Assembly (NCBI GenBank): GCA_027019165.1
Contig: JALUXC010000012.1
Location: 440,773-504,772, forward strand
Direction of reading: 5' to 3'
Origin: Pseudophaeobacter sp.
GTDB lineage: Bacteria > Pseudomonadota > Alphaproteobacteria > Rhodobacterales > Rhodobacteraceae
DNA: 64,000 nt
Every line of letters begins with the position of its first letter. Within the stretch, counting starts at the first letter, position 1. Below are positions 18,658 to 28,596 of this stretch, piece after piece. Under the pieces are notes generated by a model, which saw only the letters and a program-made list of their open reading frames with translations, did no database searches and was not told the DNA's origin. The translations under genes and the position numbers were made by a program.

Positions 18658-20328
18658 TCAGGCCTTGAGCGCCCATTTGTAGAGTTGCGGCAGGTCCGCG
18701 ATATGCTTGTCCACACCGACCAGATTGTCGCGGTGGTGACGAATGGCGGTGCGCCAGTAAGGCTGGATGGTGACGCCTTCGTCGATCATGATGGCCTGCA
18801 GCTTGCCCATGACCGCGCGGCGCTTGTCCGCATCAGCGATCGAGTTGGCCTCCGCCAGAAGCGCGTCAAACTCCGCATTGGCAAAGCCGCTTTCGTTCCA
18901 GGCCTCGCCCGAGCGATACGCCAGGGCCAGAACCTGCGTGCCCAGCGGGCGGTGGTTCCAGTTGGTCGAGGAGAAGGGATACTTCGCCCAGTCGTTCCAG
19001 AAGGTCGAGCCCGGCAAAATGGTCCGCTTGACGTTGATGCCCGCATCGCGCAGCTGAGCCGCCACCGCATCGGTGGTGTTGCGGCGCCAGTCGTCGTCGA
19101 TGGAGAGCAGCTCATGCTCGTAGTCGCCCATGCCGGCCTCATCCATCAGGGCTTTGGCCTTGGCCGGGTCATAGGGAATGCGCATGACGCTCGGGTCATG
19201 TTCGGGGTGCATCGGGCCCACATGGTAGTTGTCGGCTGGAATGCCATAGCCCGACATGCCGAGCTCGAGGCACACATTGTTGTCCACCGCCATGGCCAGC
19301 GCCTGCCGCACGCGCTTGTCCGCGTAGGGTTTCATGCCGTTTACTTCGGCCTGCTGGTTGGGGCGGATCACGATGGTAAAGCCCGAAGGGATTTCCGAGC
19401 GGGTCAGGCCAAGACCGTCAAAGATATCGACGTATTCGCCCACCGATTCCCAGTTCATGTCGATTTCTTCGGCCTCGAAGGCAGCCAGGAAGGCGGCCGG
19501 GTCCGTGCCGTAGTCGATGAACTCGATCCGGTCGAGATGGCCGCCCTTGCCTGCGGCATAGCCCCACCAGTCGTGGCCTTCATTTCGCACCAAGACGCCC
19601 TTGACGCCCACTTCCATGCTTTCAGGCAGCATGTAGCCGGTGCCGATGGGGTTATCCAGCATGGTGGCGGCATCGTGGCTGGCATGGGTGATCGCCGCCG
19701 GATAGTCGGCCATGCCCGGAATGATTGTGATGTCGGGCGTGTTGGTTTTCAGCACGACCGTATGGCTGTCCACCACGGTGATCGCGCCCTCGGCCGCTTT
19801 GCCGGTGGCCTCATCAATCAGGGAGGCCATGCGCCCGGCCATAGAGTTGCCTTCGACACTCTTGTCACACCAACCGGCGATATTGCGCGCCACGTCCTCG
19901 GCGGTGAAATCATCGCCGTTGTTCCACTTGACGCCCTTGCGCACATTCAGCGTGTATTCGGTGGCGTCGTCATTGGCGCTCCAGCTTTCCAGCAGCATCG
20001 GTGCAAAAGAGCCGTCACTGTTGTATTCGACCAGATATTCCAGCCAGCCAGCGGTGAAGGTGGCGATCTGCGTCCAGTCAAAGGTGCGCGGATCTTTCAG
20101 AGCACGCACTTCCATCTGCATGCGCAGGGTGCCGCCCTTCTGTGCATGAGCCGCGGCTTGCGCCGGGGCGGATAGGCCGATCAGCCCATAGGCTGCCGCA
20201 GCACTTACACCCAAGGCCGTTGAACGGGCCAGAAACTCGCGCCGGCTCAGTTTGCCCTGATTGACTTCCTCAGCATGCATCTTTGCCGCCCAATGGATCG
20301 ACGCTGCTTTGGTGGTTTCATTCTTCAT
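18658..20328 (-). CDS. Family-5 (DppA-like) solute-binding protein with Tat signal
   Basis: SRREFL twin-arginine motif, AxA cleavage site, [10 protein letters not shown]-like motif, [13 protein letters not shown]. Confidence 0.92.
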   Translation of the reverse strand: MKNETTKAASIHWAAKMHAEEVNQGKLSRREFLARSTALGVSAAAAYGLIGLSAPAQAAAHAQKGGTLRMQMEVRALKDPRTFDWTQIATFTAGWLEYLVEYNSDGSFAPMLLESWSANDDATEYTLNVRKGVKWNNGDDFTAEDVARNIAGWCDKSVEGNSMAGRMASLIDEATGKAAEGAITVVDSHTVVLKTNTPDITIIPGMADYPAAITHASHDAATMLDNPIGTGYMLPESMEVGVKGVLVRNEGHDWWGYAAGKGGHLDRIEFIDYGTDPAAFLAAFEAEEIDMNWESVGEYVDIFDGLGLTRSEIPSGFTIVIRPNQQAEVNGMKPYADKRVRQALAMAVDNNVCLELGMSGYGIPADNYHVGPMHPEHDPSVMRIPYDPAKAKALMDEAGMGDYEHELLSIDDDWRRNTTDAVAAQLRDAGINVKRTILPGSTFWNDWAKYPFSSTNWNHRPLGTQVLALAYRSGEAWNESGFANAEFDALLAEANSIADADKRRAVMGKLQAIMIDEGVTIQPYWRTAIRHHRDNLVGVDKHIADLPQLYKWALKA

Positions 20329-20498
20329 GTGGATCTCCCTTTGGCACCGGCAGGGTCTTTGGCGCCCTGTTTCGCGTGGCGATTGTTTGGCCCATTGGCT
20401 GGCCGCTAAGGTGCATTCATTGAATTTCGCCGTCTCACAGGCCCATTCGGCCTGATTAGCCGCAGCGCGTCAATGCATAGATTCGGCGGATTGGGGTC

Positions 20499-20528
20499 AA
20501 AAAGCGACCTTTTCTGCGTCGCTTTCAA
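20499..20528. promoter_or_regulatory. Inverted repeat AAAGCGAC-N9-GTCGCTTT (operator, or terminator of the AraC gene)
   Basis: Perfect 8-bp inverted repeat at 20501-20508/20518-20525, about 170 bp upstream of the SBP start. Confidence 0.45.
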
Positions 20529-20658
20529 GCTTTGGCTCAATGTGAGACACGGCGGGCACGCATAACTGGGCAGATGTGCCCAGTGCTGGTTGTGATGTGA
20601 CATTCCGTGCTGAGCGAAAAGGAATCACTTACAACGAGCAGGGCGGGATACGGATGAA

Positions 20659-21480
20659 TTATTGAGTGATGGCGGACAGCCGGGCTTTCTTGCGCAGGCT
20701 GCTTGGGGTTTCGCCGGTATGCTGCGTTATGAACCGGGTGAAGTAGGCTGCGCTTCCAAATCCAAGGCGGCCTGCAATTTCGCGCATGGGCAGGTCGCTG
20801 GATACCAGCAGGGTGCGCGCTGCATGCAATTGCCTTTCTGTCAGGATCGCAGCTGCCGTTTTCCCGGTTTCGGCCTTGCAGACGCGCGTCAAATGGGTCG
20901 GTGTGACCTGAAGGGCCGCAGCATAGTCCGCCATGTTGGCGTGTTCGTTGAAACTTTCTGCGACACGTCGGCAATAGGCTTGCGACAAGCGGCGCGCGGC
21001 GCTTGGCTTGGTCGGCGGCAATGGCCCTGACGGGATTTGGCGGCGCAGATGAATGCTGATCAGATCCGAGTAAGATTGAATTGCGCGTCTCCACAAAGCC
21101 GGGTGCGTGCTTTGCTCGTGGGCGATTTCTTCAAGCAGGCTGTTCAGACGTGCCTGATCGCGGGCGTCAGTGACTTTCAGGTGCAGAGGGGCAGGCGGCA
21201 TCGACACCGGCGCGCTGGAGGGCACAATCAGGACTTGTCCCAAGCATTGCCGCCCGAAAGCTGCCGACCAAAGATGACCTGCGGGAAAGAAAAGGGCATT
21301 GTGGGTCCCAAAGCCTTTTTGGTGGCCATCCATAAGACAACGTCCCTGGCCGCGAGTGATCCAGACGAGAACGTGTTCCTTGCGATCATGGGCCAATTCG
21401 GTTTGCCACGGACCGTCAGGCGTCAGACGGGAAAGAGGTGAAACGCACAGGTCTTCGGTTGGTTTCGGATCGAATGGCAT
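20659..21480 (-). CDS. AraC-family transcriptional regulator (cupin + HTH)
   Basis: C-terminal IAGRLGFGSAAYFTRFI...GETPS AraC signature. Confidence 0.92.
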   Translation of the reverse strand: MPFDPKPTEDLCVSPLSRLTPDGPWQTELAHDRKEHVLVWITRGQGRCLMDGHQKGFGTHNALFFPAGHLWSAAFGRQCLGQVLIVPSSAPVSMPPAPLHLKVTDARDQARLNSLLEEIAHEQSTHPALWRRAIQSYSDLISIHLRRQIPSGPLPPTKPSAARRLSQAYCRRVAESFNEHANMADYAAALQVTPTHLTRVCKAETGKTAAAILTERQLHAARTLLVSSDLPMREIAGRLGFGSAAYFTRFITQHTGETPSSLRKKARLSAITQ

Positions 21481-21614
21481 CGTTGTTCATCTATTCTCTA
21501 AAAATTGAATATTAGTGTCCACGAAAATACGATTCTTGCAAGTCAACGCTGCTACTCCTGAAATACAGGCGCTTCGCGAAGCATTTACGGTTGCAGAATT
21601 TGAAAAAATGAAAG

Positions 21615-22484
21615 CTACAGGTCGCTGTCGGGCTGGACCTGATACCAGGCCGACATCCTTGCGCGGAACCAGGTTCGTTGCCGTTTGGCAAAGCGGCGGG
21701 TTGCGATGGCTGCTTTTTCTTCGGCCTCTTCAAGTGTGGTTTGCCCAGTGACGTAGCTCATCAGCTCAGGCACGCCAATCGCCTTGCAAGAGGGCAGCGC
21801 CGGGTCGTAGCGATCCCGCATGGCGTCAATCTCTTCCAGAGCGCCCAAGGTCAGCATCTGTCTGAACCTCTTGCGAATGCGAGCTTCAAGCCAGTCTTTG
21901 GAGCTGTTGAGAACAATTGCGGTGCTGTTGCCCAGCGGCAAAGCAGGGGGCGGGGTGTCGTCTTGCCAGTCCGCCAGAGGGCGGCCAGTCGCCGTCAGAA
22001 CCTCCCAGGCGCGCTGCACGCGCGCTCGGTTCTGCAGGTCAATGCGCGCTGCCGTCCTTTCATCCAACTGCGCCAGAAGCTCCTCAAGCGACAGCCGGTC
22101 CCCTTCTGCACGCACATCAGCGGGCGTTGCCGGGATTTCTGCCATACCTTCGGTCAAAGCACTGAAATACAGACCGGTTCCGCCAACAATGATGGGGCGC
22201 TCCGGGCCTGACAGCAGGGGGACCACCTCCCGCAGCCAGTGGCCAGCAGAGTAGGTCGCGTCATAGGGAACGTGGCCGTAAAGGCGGTGCGGAGCGCGCG
22301 CTTCCTCCTCTGGCGACGGGCGCGCCGTGACCAACCGCCAGCAGCCAAAGACCTGGCTGGCGTCGGCGTTGACGATCACACCGCCTTGTGTTTGCGCAAT
22401 TCTTAGCGCCAAAGCGGATTTTCCAGAGGCGGTGGGTCCGGCGATCAGGACGGGCTTGTCCGGGTCGATGTCAGGAAGTGTCAT
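21615..22484 (-). CDS. miaA: tRNA dimethylallyltransferase
   Basis: [36 protein letters not shown]; start placed at ATG 22484. Confidence 0.95.
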   Translation of the reverse strand: MTLPDIDPDKPVLIAGPTASGKSALALRIAQTQGGVIVNADASQVFGCWRLVTARPSPEEEARAPHRLYGHVPYDATYSAGHWLREVVPLLSGPERPIIVGGTGLYFSALTEGMAEIPATPADVRAEGDRLSLEELLAQLDERTAARIDLQNRARVQRAWEVLTATGRPLADWQDDTPPPALPLGNSTAIVLNSSKDWLEARIRKRFRQMLTLGALEEIDAMRDRYDPALPSCKAIGVPELMSYVTGQTTLEEAEEKAAIATRRFAKRQRTWFRARMSAWYQVQPDSDL

Positions 22485-22617
22485 ATCTGGGTGGACCTTT
22501 GCGTGACCGAAATTGGCGGCTTTGGGGCGCAAAAAGGCGCCTGGCCTGCATTGATCCCGGCGCCGATTTGCTCCATTTTGCCGCGCAAAGTAACCCCGTC
22601 ATATTCCGGAGCGCAAC

Positions 22618-23364
22618 ATGCCCCAAGAAAACAACACACCGGCCGCCCCGTCGGCCGCCGCCTATAAACGTGTCATGCTCAAGATCTCCGGTGAGGCCCT
22701 GATGGGGGATCAAGGATTTGGTCTGCACCCGCCGACAGTCCAGCGAGTCGCGCAGGAAGTCAAATCCGTGCACGACATGGGTGTCGAAATCTGCATGGTT
22801 ATTGGAGGCGGCAACATCTTTCGCGGGCTCTCTGGTGCGGCACAGGGTATGGAGCGCACAACAGCGGACTACATGGGAATGCTTGCCACGGTTATGAACG
22901 CCCTTGGTATGCAGGCCGCTCTTGAAGGGTTGGGAGTCTATACGCGGGTGATCTCGGCCATTCCGATGGATCAGGTCTGTGAGCCTTACATCCGCCGCCG
23001 TGCCGTGCGCCACCTTGAGAAGAAGCGGGTTTGCATCTTTGCGGCCGGTACTGGCAACCCTTATTTCACCACTGATACAGCCGCGACACTTCGGGCCAAC
23101 GAAATGGGCTGCGAAGCGATCTTCAAGGGTACGAAAGTGGACGGCGTCTACGACAAAGACCCGGTCAAGTTTGACGATGCCAAACGATATGACACCGTTA
23201 GCTACGACGATGTGCTGGCCAAACGCCTTGGGGTGATGGACGCTTCGGCGATTGCACTGGCGCGAGATAACAGCCTCCCGATCATCGTCTTTTCGCTCGA
23301 TGAGCCAGGCGGATTCAGGGGGATTCTGGCCGGTGAGGGCACCTACACCAAGGTCCAGGGCTGA
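22618..23364 (+). CDS. pyrH: UMP kinase
   Basis: [30 protein letters not shown] motifs. Confidence 0.98.
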   Translation: MPQENNTPAAPSAAAYKRVMLKISGEALMGDQGFGLHPPTVQRVAQEVKSVHDMGVEICMVIGGGNIFRGLSGAAQGMERTTADYMGMLATVMNALGMQAALEGLGVYTRVISAIPMDQVCEPYIRRRAVRHLEKKRVCIFAAGTGNPYFTTDTAATLRANEMGCEAIFKGTKVDGVYDKDPVKFDDAKRYDTVSYDDVLAKRLGVMDASAIALARDNSLPIIVFSLDEPGGFRGILAGEGTYTKVQG

Positions 23365-23523
23365 CGATCAAATACAAGCGTGAGGCAATGGGCTGCCCTG
23401 AGGGGCAGTTCGGCGGGCCTGTCGCCCCCAAGGGCGAGCATCGCCGCCAAGATTGCTATACAATCACGCGCCAATCGCTTAAGAGCTGTGTAAAGACCGC
23501 CTCAAGTCAGGGGAGAGAGCAGA

Positions 23524-24087
23524 ATGTCTGATGATTTTGAATTGGATACCGACGATCTGAAACGCCGCATGGACGGCGCAATGGCTAACCTGCGCACGGA
23601 GTTTGCCTCACTTCGCACCGGGCGCGGCTCGGCCTCGATGCTGGATCCGGTGATGGTGGATGCCTATGGATCAATGACGCCGATCAACCAGGTGGGAACG
23701 GTCAACGTTCCCGAGCCGCGCATGGTCACCATCAATGTCTGGGACAAATCCTTGGTGGGCAAGGTGGAAAAGGCGATCCGGGAATCCGGGTTGGGGATCA
23801 ACCCGCAGCTCAACGGTACCATCATCATGCTGCCGATCCCCGAGTTGAACGAAGAGCGCCGCCGCGAGCTGAGCAAGGTTGCCGGCCAATATGCAGAGCA
23901 CGCCCGCGTTTCAATCCGCAACGTCCGCCGCGACGGCATGGACCAGATCAAGAAGGCAAAAGCAGACGGCATGTCCGAGGATGATCAAAAGTTCTGGGAA
24001 AGCGAAGTTCAGGATCTGACCGACAAGATGATCAAGGCGGTCGACGAGGCGCTGGACACCAAGCAAGCTGAAATCATGCAGGTCTGA
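23524..24087 (+). CDS. frr: Ribosome recycling factor
   Basis: [32 protein letters not shown] motifs. Confidence 0.98.
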   Translation: MSDDFELDTDDLKRRMDGAMANLRTEFASLRTGRGSASMLDPVMVDAYGSMTPINQVGTVNVPEPRMVTINVWDKSLVGKVEKAIRESGLGINPQLNGTIIMLPIPELNEERRRELSKVAGQYAEHARVSIRNVRRDGMDQIKKAKADGMSEDDQKFWESEVQDLTDKMIKAVDEALDTKQAEIMQV

Positions 24088-24096
24088 TCCGAAAGA

Positions 24097-24855
24097 ATGG
24101 TCGAACTGACAGACACGGCGCTCCAGATTGATGCCCCGCTGGCGGGCATCCCTCAAGGTCCTTGCCACGTTGCCATCATCATGGATGGCAATGGCAGGTG
24201 GGCTCAATCAAGGGGACGTCCGCGGCTTTTTGGCCATCACGCCGGTGCCAAACGTGTGCGAGAGATCGTCGAATGCTGCCCAACTCTTGGCATCAAGTAT
24301 CTGACGATCTTTGCCTTCTCGACCGAAAACTGGAAGCGCACACAGGTAGAGGTCGCCGGCCTCATGAGCCTGTTTCGCCGTTACATCTCCAAGGAGATGA
24401 AAGCGCTTGCAGCCAAGAATGTGCGAGTGCGGTTCATCGGTGACAGGGTGCGCCTGGATGCCAAGCTGATCCTGCTGATGGACCAGTTGGAGGAAGAAAC
24501 AAAGCATAACGACGGCACCCACCTTACGATTGCTTTGAACTACGGAGGGCGGGATGAGGTCGCCCGCGCCACCAAGCGTTTGGCGCAGGATGTTGCGGCG
24601 GGCAAGTTGTCCCCGGATGATGTGGATGAGGAAACTCTGCCCAAGTACCTTGATACACATGTTCTGCCAGATCCCGACCTTGTCATCCGAACCAGCGGCG
24701 AGGCGCGGATTTCCAATTTCCTTCTGTGGCAGTCGGCCTATTCCGAGTATGAGTTTATCGACACGCTTTGGCCGGATTTTTCAGCTGAAGAACTGAGCAG
24801 GCTTTGCCACGATTACGGGGCGCGTGATCGCCGCTTTGGAGCGGTCAAGACATGA
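24097..24855 (+). CDS. uppS: Undecaprenyl diphosphate synthase
   Basis: HVAIIMDGNGRWA, FSTENWKR, PDLVIRTSGEARISNFLLWQ motifs. Confidence 0.97.
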   Translation: MVELTDTALQIDAPLAGIPQGPCHVAIIMDGNGRWAQSRGRPRLFGHHAGAKRVREIVECCPTLGIKYLTIFAFSTENWKRTQVEVAGLMSLFRRYISKEMKALAAKNVRVRFIGDRVRLDAKLILLMDQLEEETKHNDGTHLTIALNYGGRDEVARATKRLAQDVAAGKLSPDDVDEETLPKYLDTHVLPDPDLVIRTSGEARISNFLLWQSAYSEYEFIDTLWPDFSAEELSRLCHDYGARDRRFGAVKT

Positions 24856-25622
24856 GCGCGGGACGTTGGTCTGATCTGATGCCCCGGATCCTGTCCGCGG
24901 TGGTGATGGTTGCGGTTGCTGCGGTTGAGATCTGGCTGGGTGGGGTCTGGTTTGCAGTGCTTATCGCGCTTGCCTGTGGCGGTATGATCTGGGAGCTGGT
25001 GCGCATGATGGCGCCCGAGCAAAAAGGGCAGGCTTTTCAGCTGGGTGTCATGACCTCTGTGGCGGTTTTGGGAGCAACCCTGCTTCCGACGATCTGGGCT
25101 ATGCCGCTTCTGGTTGCGCCGGTCCTGTCTGGGGTCTTCCAGATGCCCGCCGCATCTCGTGTACGGTTCGGCCTTTTTGGCCTCTGGATTGTCTGTGCGG
25201 GTTTTGCCTTTGTGTGGCTTCGCAATGAGATGGGTGTCCTTTGGCTCTTGTGGCTGATTGGTGTTGTGGTTGTGACAGATATCGCAGGGTATTTTGCGGG
25301 CAAGATCATTGGCGGCCCGAAACTCTGGCCGCGTATCAGCCCCAAGAAGACCTGGTCTGGCAGCTCAGCAGGTTGGCTGGCCGCAGCCTGTGCTGGCTTC
25401 GCTTTTGCCGAGGCATCGGGACTTGGGCTTTGGGCCGTTGTGCTGTCGGTCGTTATCTCGATGGCGAGCCAGGCTGGGGATATTGCGGAAAGTGCCTTGA
25501 AGCGGCAGATGGGCGTCAAGGATTCCAGCGCGCTCATCCCGGGGCACGGCGGATTGCTGGACCGGTTTGACGGCATGCTTGGCGCCGCTGCAGCTTTCCT
25601 GATTTTCGTGATGTATTTCTGA
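24852..25622 (+). CDS. cdsA: Phosphatidate cytidylyltransferase
   Basis: SPKKTWSG, GDIAESALKRQMGVKDSSALIPGHGGLLDRFD motifs. Confidence 0.96.
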   Translation: MSAGRWSDLMPRILSAVVMVAVAAVEIWLGGVWFAVLIALACGGMIWELVRMMAPEQKGQAFQLGVMTSVAVLGATLLPTIWAMPLLVAPVLSGVFQMPAASRVRFGLFGLWIVCAGFAFVWLRNEMGVLWLLWLIGVVVVTDIAGYFAGKIIGGPKLWPRISPKKTWSGSSAGWLAAACAGFAFAEASGLGLWAVVLSVVISMASQAGDIAESALKRQMGVKDSSALIPGHGGLLDRFDGMLGAAAAFLIFVMYF

Positions 25623-25642
25623 AAGCCTTGAAAGGCAGGACG

Positions 25643-26812
25643 ATGCGCAAGATCTCTATCTTTGGAGCCACAGGCTCGATCGGTCAGAATACGATCGACC
25701 TGATCCGGCGTTCGCCTCAGGCCTTTGATGTCGTGGCTTTGACCGGCGGAGCGAATATCGGGCAACTGGCGAGTGATGCGAAGACGCTCAAGGCAGATCT
25801 CGCTGTGACAGCTTTTGAGGACCGGCTTGAAGACCTTCGCGCCGCGCTGGAGGGCAGCGGCGTTGAGGCTGCGGCGGGGCAGGAGGCATTGACCGAAGCC
25901 GCATCTCGCCCCGCAGACTGGGTGATGTCCGCTATTGTGGGTGCTGCTGGTCTCGCGCCGGGATTGAAGGCATTGGAGCAGGGGGCGACGCTTGCCCTTG
26001 CCAACAAAGAATCCCTTGTTTGCGCCGGTGAACTGTTGATGCGGACGGCCCTGAAGCATGGCGCGCGGCTCTTGCCGGTGGACAGCGAACACTCCGCTAT
26101 CTTCCAGGGACTTGTCGGAGAAGACATCTCGGCGGTGGAGCGGATCATCATCACGGCTTCCGGGGGAGCGTTCCGGGATTGGCCGCTTGAAGACCTTGCA
26201 CGCGCAACCCTTGAAGAGGCGTCGTCCCATCCGAACTGGGACATGGGCCAAAGGATTACGATCGACAGTGCCTCCATGTTCAACAAGGCGCTGGAAGTGA
26301 TAGAAGTAAAAGAGTTCTTCGGTGTGGCGCCTGATCAGATCGAAGTTCTCGTTCACCCTGAGTCGATGGTGCATGCCCTTGTTGGGTTCAAGGATGGCGC
26401 GCTGATGGCCCATCTTGGCGCACCCGACATGCGCCACGCAATTGGATATGCGCTCAATTGGCCCGAGCGAAAGGATCTGCCGGTCGACAGGCTCGATCTG
26501 GCGGAGATTGGCCAGCTGAACTTTCGCAAGCCCGACCCGGCGCGCTATCCCGCCTTGGGCCAGGCATACGATGTAATGGAACGCGGCGGCCTGATGGGGG
26601 CGGCGTTCAATGGCGCCAAGGAACAAGCGCTGGATCTGTTCATCGAGGGGCGCATCGGCTTCACCGATATGGCGGAGATCACCGCGACCGTCTTGGACCG
26701 CTTGGAGGCACAAAGTGGCCTCATTGATTCCGCAATGACCCTTGATAACGTCACCGAAACGGACCATCTCGCCCGGCAAGAGGCAATTCGTGCCGCGGCG
26801 GAACGTCAATAA
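25643..26812 (+). CDS. dxr: 1-deoxy-D-xylulose-5-phosphate reductoisomerase
   Basis: GATGSIG, LANKESLV, PVDSEH, HPNWDMGQRITIDSA motifs. Confidence 0.97.
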   Translation: MRKISIFGATGSIGQNTIDLIRRSPQAFDVVALTGGANIGQLASDAKTLKADLAVTAFEDRLEDLRAALEGSGVEAAAGQEALTEAASRPADWVMSAIVGAAGLAPGLKALEQGATLALANKESLVCAGELLMRTALKHGARLLPVDSEHSAIFQGLVGEDISAVERIIITASGGAFRDWPLEDLARATLEEASSHPNWDMGQRITIDSASMFNKALEVIEVKEFFGVAPDQIEVLVHPESMVHALVGFKDGALMAHLGAPDMRHAIGYALNWPERKDLPVDRLDLAEIGQLNFRKPDPARYPALGQAYDVMERGGLMGAAFNGAKEQALDLFIEGRIGFTDMAEITATVLDRLEAQSGLIDSAMTLDNVTETDHLARQEAIRAAAERQ

Positions 26813-26821
26813 GGTAAGAAC

Positions 26822-28171
26822 TTGGATATCGTATCTCTTCTCCCGCAGTTTGGCGGTTTTCTCTATGTGGTTGCCAGTTTTGTGGTGGCGCTTTCGGTGA
26901 TTGTGGCCGTGCATGAGTATGGTCACTACATCGTCGGTCGTTGGTCGGGTATCTACCCCGAGGTGTTTTCTCTGGGCTTTGGTCCGGTGATATGGAGCCG
27001 CGTCGACAAGCGGGGCACACGCTGGCAGGTCGCCTTGTTGCCCTTTGGAGGGTATGTAAAATTCCTCGGCGATGCAGATGCGGCTTCGGGGAAAGATGTA
27101 GATGCGATGGAGGCTGCTGCGCGCGATCCTGAGGATTTGCGCAAGACCATGCATGGTGCGCCTCTCTGGGCGCGCAGCGCGACTGTTGCGGCGGGACCGG
27201 TCTTTAATTTCGTGATGTCCGCAGTCATTTTCTCTGCTTTGGCCCTGACGCAGGGGAGTTTGCGCGACCCTCTGACCGTTGGAGAGTTGTTGCCTTTACC
27301 CGGAGTAGAGAATGGCCTTCGCGTTGGGGATGAGTTGATCTCTGTTGAAGATGTTGCCGTCCCGCAGGAGGGCAACGGGACGGAATGGACGATGTTCCGC
27401 GAAGCGCTGCCTTTGGTGCAGCCCATGCAATATGAGGTGCGCCGAGACGGAGCCGTCGTCCTTGTCGATGGACCGTTCCTATCGCCGCCTTACGTACGCG
27501 GTGTTGCCCCGCGTAGCGCCGCCGCAGATGCCGGGCTGGAGCCGGGCGATGTCATAACCTCTGTTGATGGCCAGCAGATTTTTGCCTTCGATCAGCTGAA
27601 GGATGCTGTGGAAACGGGGCAAGGAAAAGAACTGGCCCTTTCGGTCTGGCGCGAAGGAGAGGCGCTTGACCTGACACTTGCTCCGCGCCGCACGGATGAA
27701 CCGCAGGCCGACGGGAGTTTTGCGACGCATTGGCGGATCGGTGTGATAGGCGGGCAGGCCTTTGAGCCTGCAACCGATGCGGCGGGGCTGGGCGAATCGC
27801 TGGCGGCCGGTGTGTCTCAGGTCTGGGCTGTGATCGATATGTCGATTTCAGGCCTGACCCATATGATTACCGGTGCGATCAGTACCTGTAACCTGTCGGG
27901 ACCGATTGGCATTGCGGAAACCTCTGGGGCTATGGCGAGCCAGGGTCTTGATAGCTTCATACGGTTCATCGCGGTTCTGTCTACGGCGGTTGGTCTTTTG
28001 AACCTGTTTCCGGTACCGGCGCTTGATGGTGGGCATCTGGTGTTCTACGCCTATGAAGCGGTGTCCGGTCGTCCGCCAAGCGATGCGGTGATGCGGATTT
28101 TGATGACGCTTGGTATTGCGGTCATTCTTTCCCTGATGCTGTTTGCCTTGGGGAATGACATTTTCTGTTAA
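26822..28171 (+). CDS. rseP: RIP metalloprotease RseP
   Basis: HEYGH, PDZ domain, NLFPVPALDGG; TTG start. Confidence 0.95.
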   Translation: MDIVSLLPQFGGFLYVVASFVVALSVIVAVHEYGHYIVGRWSGIYPEVFSLGFGPVIWSRVDKRGTRWQVALLPFGGYVKFLGDADAASGKDVDAMEAAARDPEDLRKTMHGAPLWARSATVAAGPVFNFVMSAVIFSALALTQGSLRDPLTVGELLPLPGVENGLRVGDELISVEDVAVPQEGNGTEWTMFREALPLVQPMQYEVRRDGAVVLVDGPFLSPPYVRGVAPRSAAADAGLEPGDVITSVDGQQIFAFDQLKDAVETGQGKELALSVWREGEALDLTLAPRRTDEPQADGSFATHWRIGVIGGQAFEPATDAAGLGESLAAGVSQVWAVIDMSISGLTHMITGAISTCNLSGPIGIAETSGAMASQGLDSFIRFIAVLSTAVGLLNLFPVPALDGGHLVFYAYEAVSGRPPSDAVMRILMTLGIAVILSLMLFALGNDIFC

Positions 28172-28182
28172 ATCCTAGGTAA
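28168..28182. promoter_or_regulatory. CtrA-like site, 1 mismatch
   Basis: TTAA-ATCCTAG-GTAA overlapping the rseP stop, upstream of the small ORF. Confidence 0.35.
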
Positions 28183-28308
28183 TGATTTGGCCGGTCCTGC
28201 GTCTTCGCCAAACTGTGGCCATATTCGATATCTACCCATCATCCAGGTGCGGGTTCTGTGAGCATAGAACCCTTCCTTGGTTTCTGGACTGAAACGGAGA
28301 TGGAAGAG

Positions 28309-28434
28309 ATGGATCGGGTGATGAGAATGGAGCGGGGGCTTTGGCTCTTGATCAGCCTAAACTGGGACCGGCTTCTGTCGGTTGTCGCCGTATTCATCAG
28401 CCTGAGCGCAGGGGCGTGGCTCGCGTCTCTTTGA
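28309..28434 (+). CDS. Small single-TM hypothetical protein (41 aa; alternative starts 28300, 28321, 28327)
   Basis: Read manually: MDRVMRMERGLWLLISLNWDRLLSVVAVFISLSAGAWLASL*; GGAG 9 nt upstream of ATG 28309. Confidence 0.6.
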   Translation: MDRVMRMERGLWLLISLNWDRLLSVVAVFISLSAGAWLASL

Positions 28435-28563
28435 CCCCAGAAAGAACGATCGCCCCTCTCTCCATGTGTTTCGCCGCAAACGTGTGGTGCAAACTTTGGG
28501 CATCTTCGTGCCAGCATGCGCGTTGTTGGTTTTGACAACGGACTCCAAACCCGATACGCACGA

Positions 28564-28578
28564 TTAAAAGCTGCTTAA
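28564..28578. promoter_or_regulatory. Perfect CtrA box upstream of bamA
   Basis: TTAA-AAGCTGC-TTAA. Confidence 0.55.
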
Positions 28579-28596
28579 AAAATCGGGTTATGACTG

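Noticed and set aside
23479-23493. TTAA-GAGCTGT-GTAA upstream of frr as a CtrA site
   Set aside because: One mismatch; about five such matches are expected by chance per window (rough estimate), and frr is an unlikely target.
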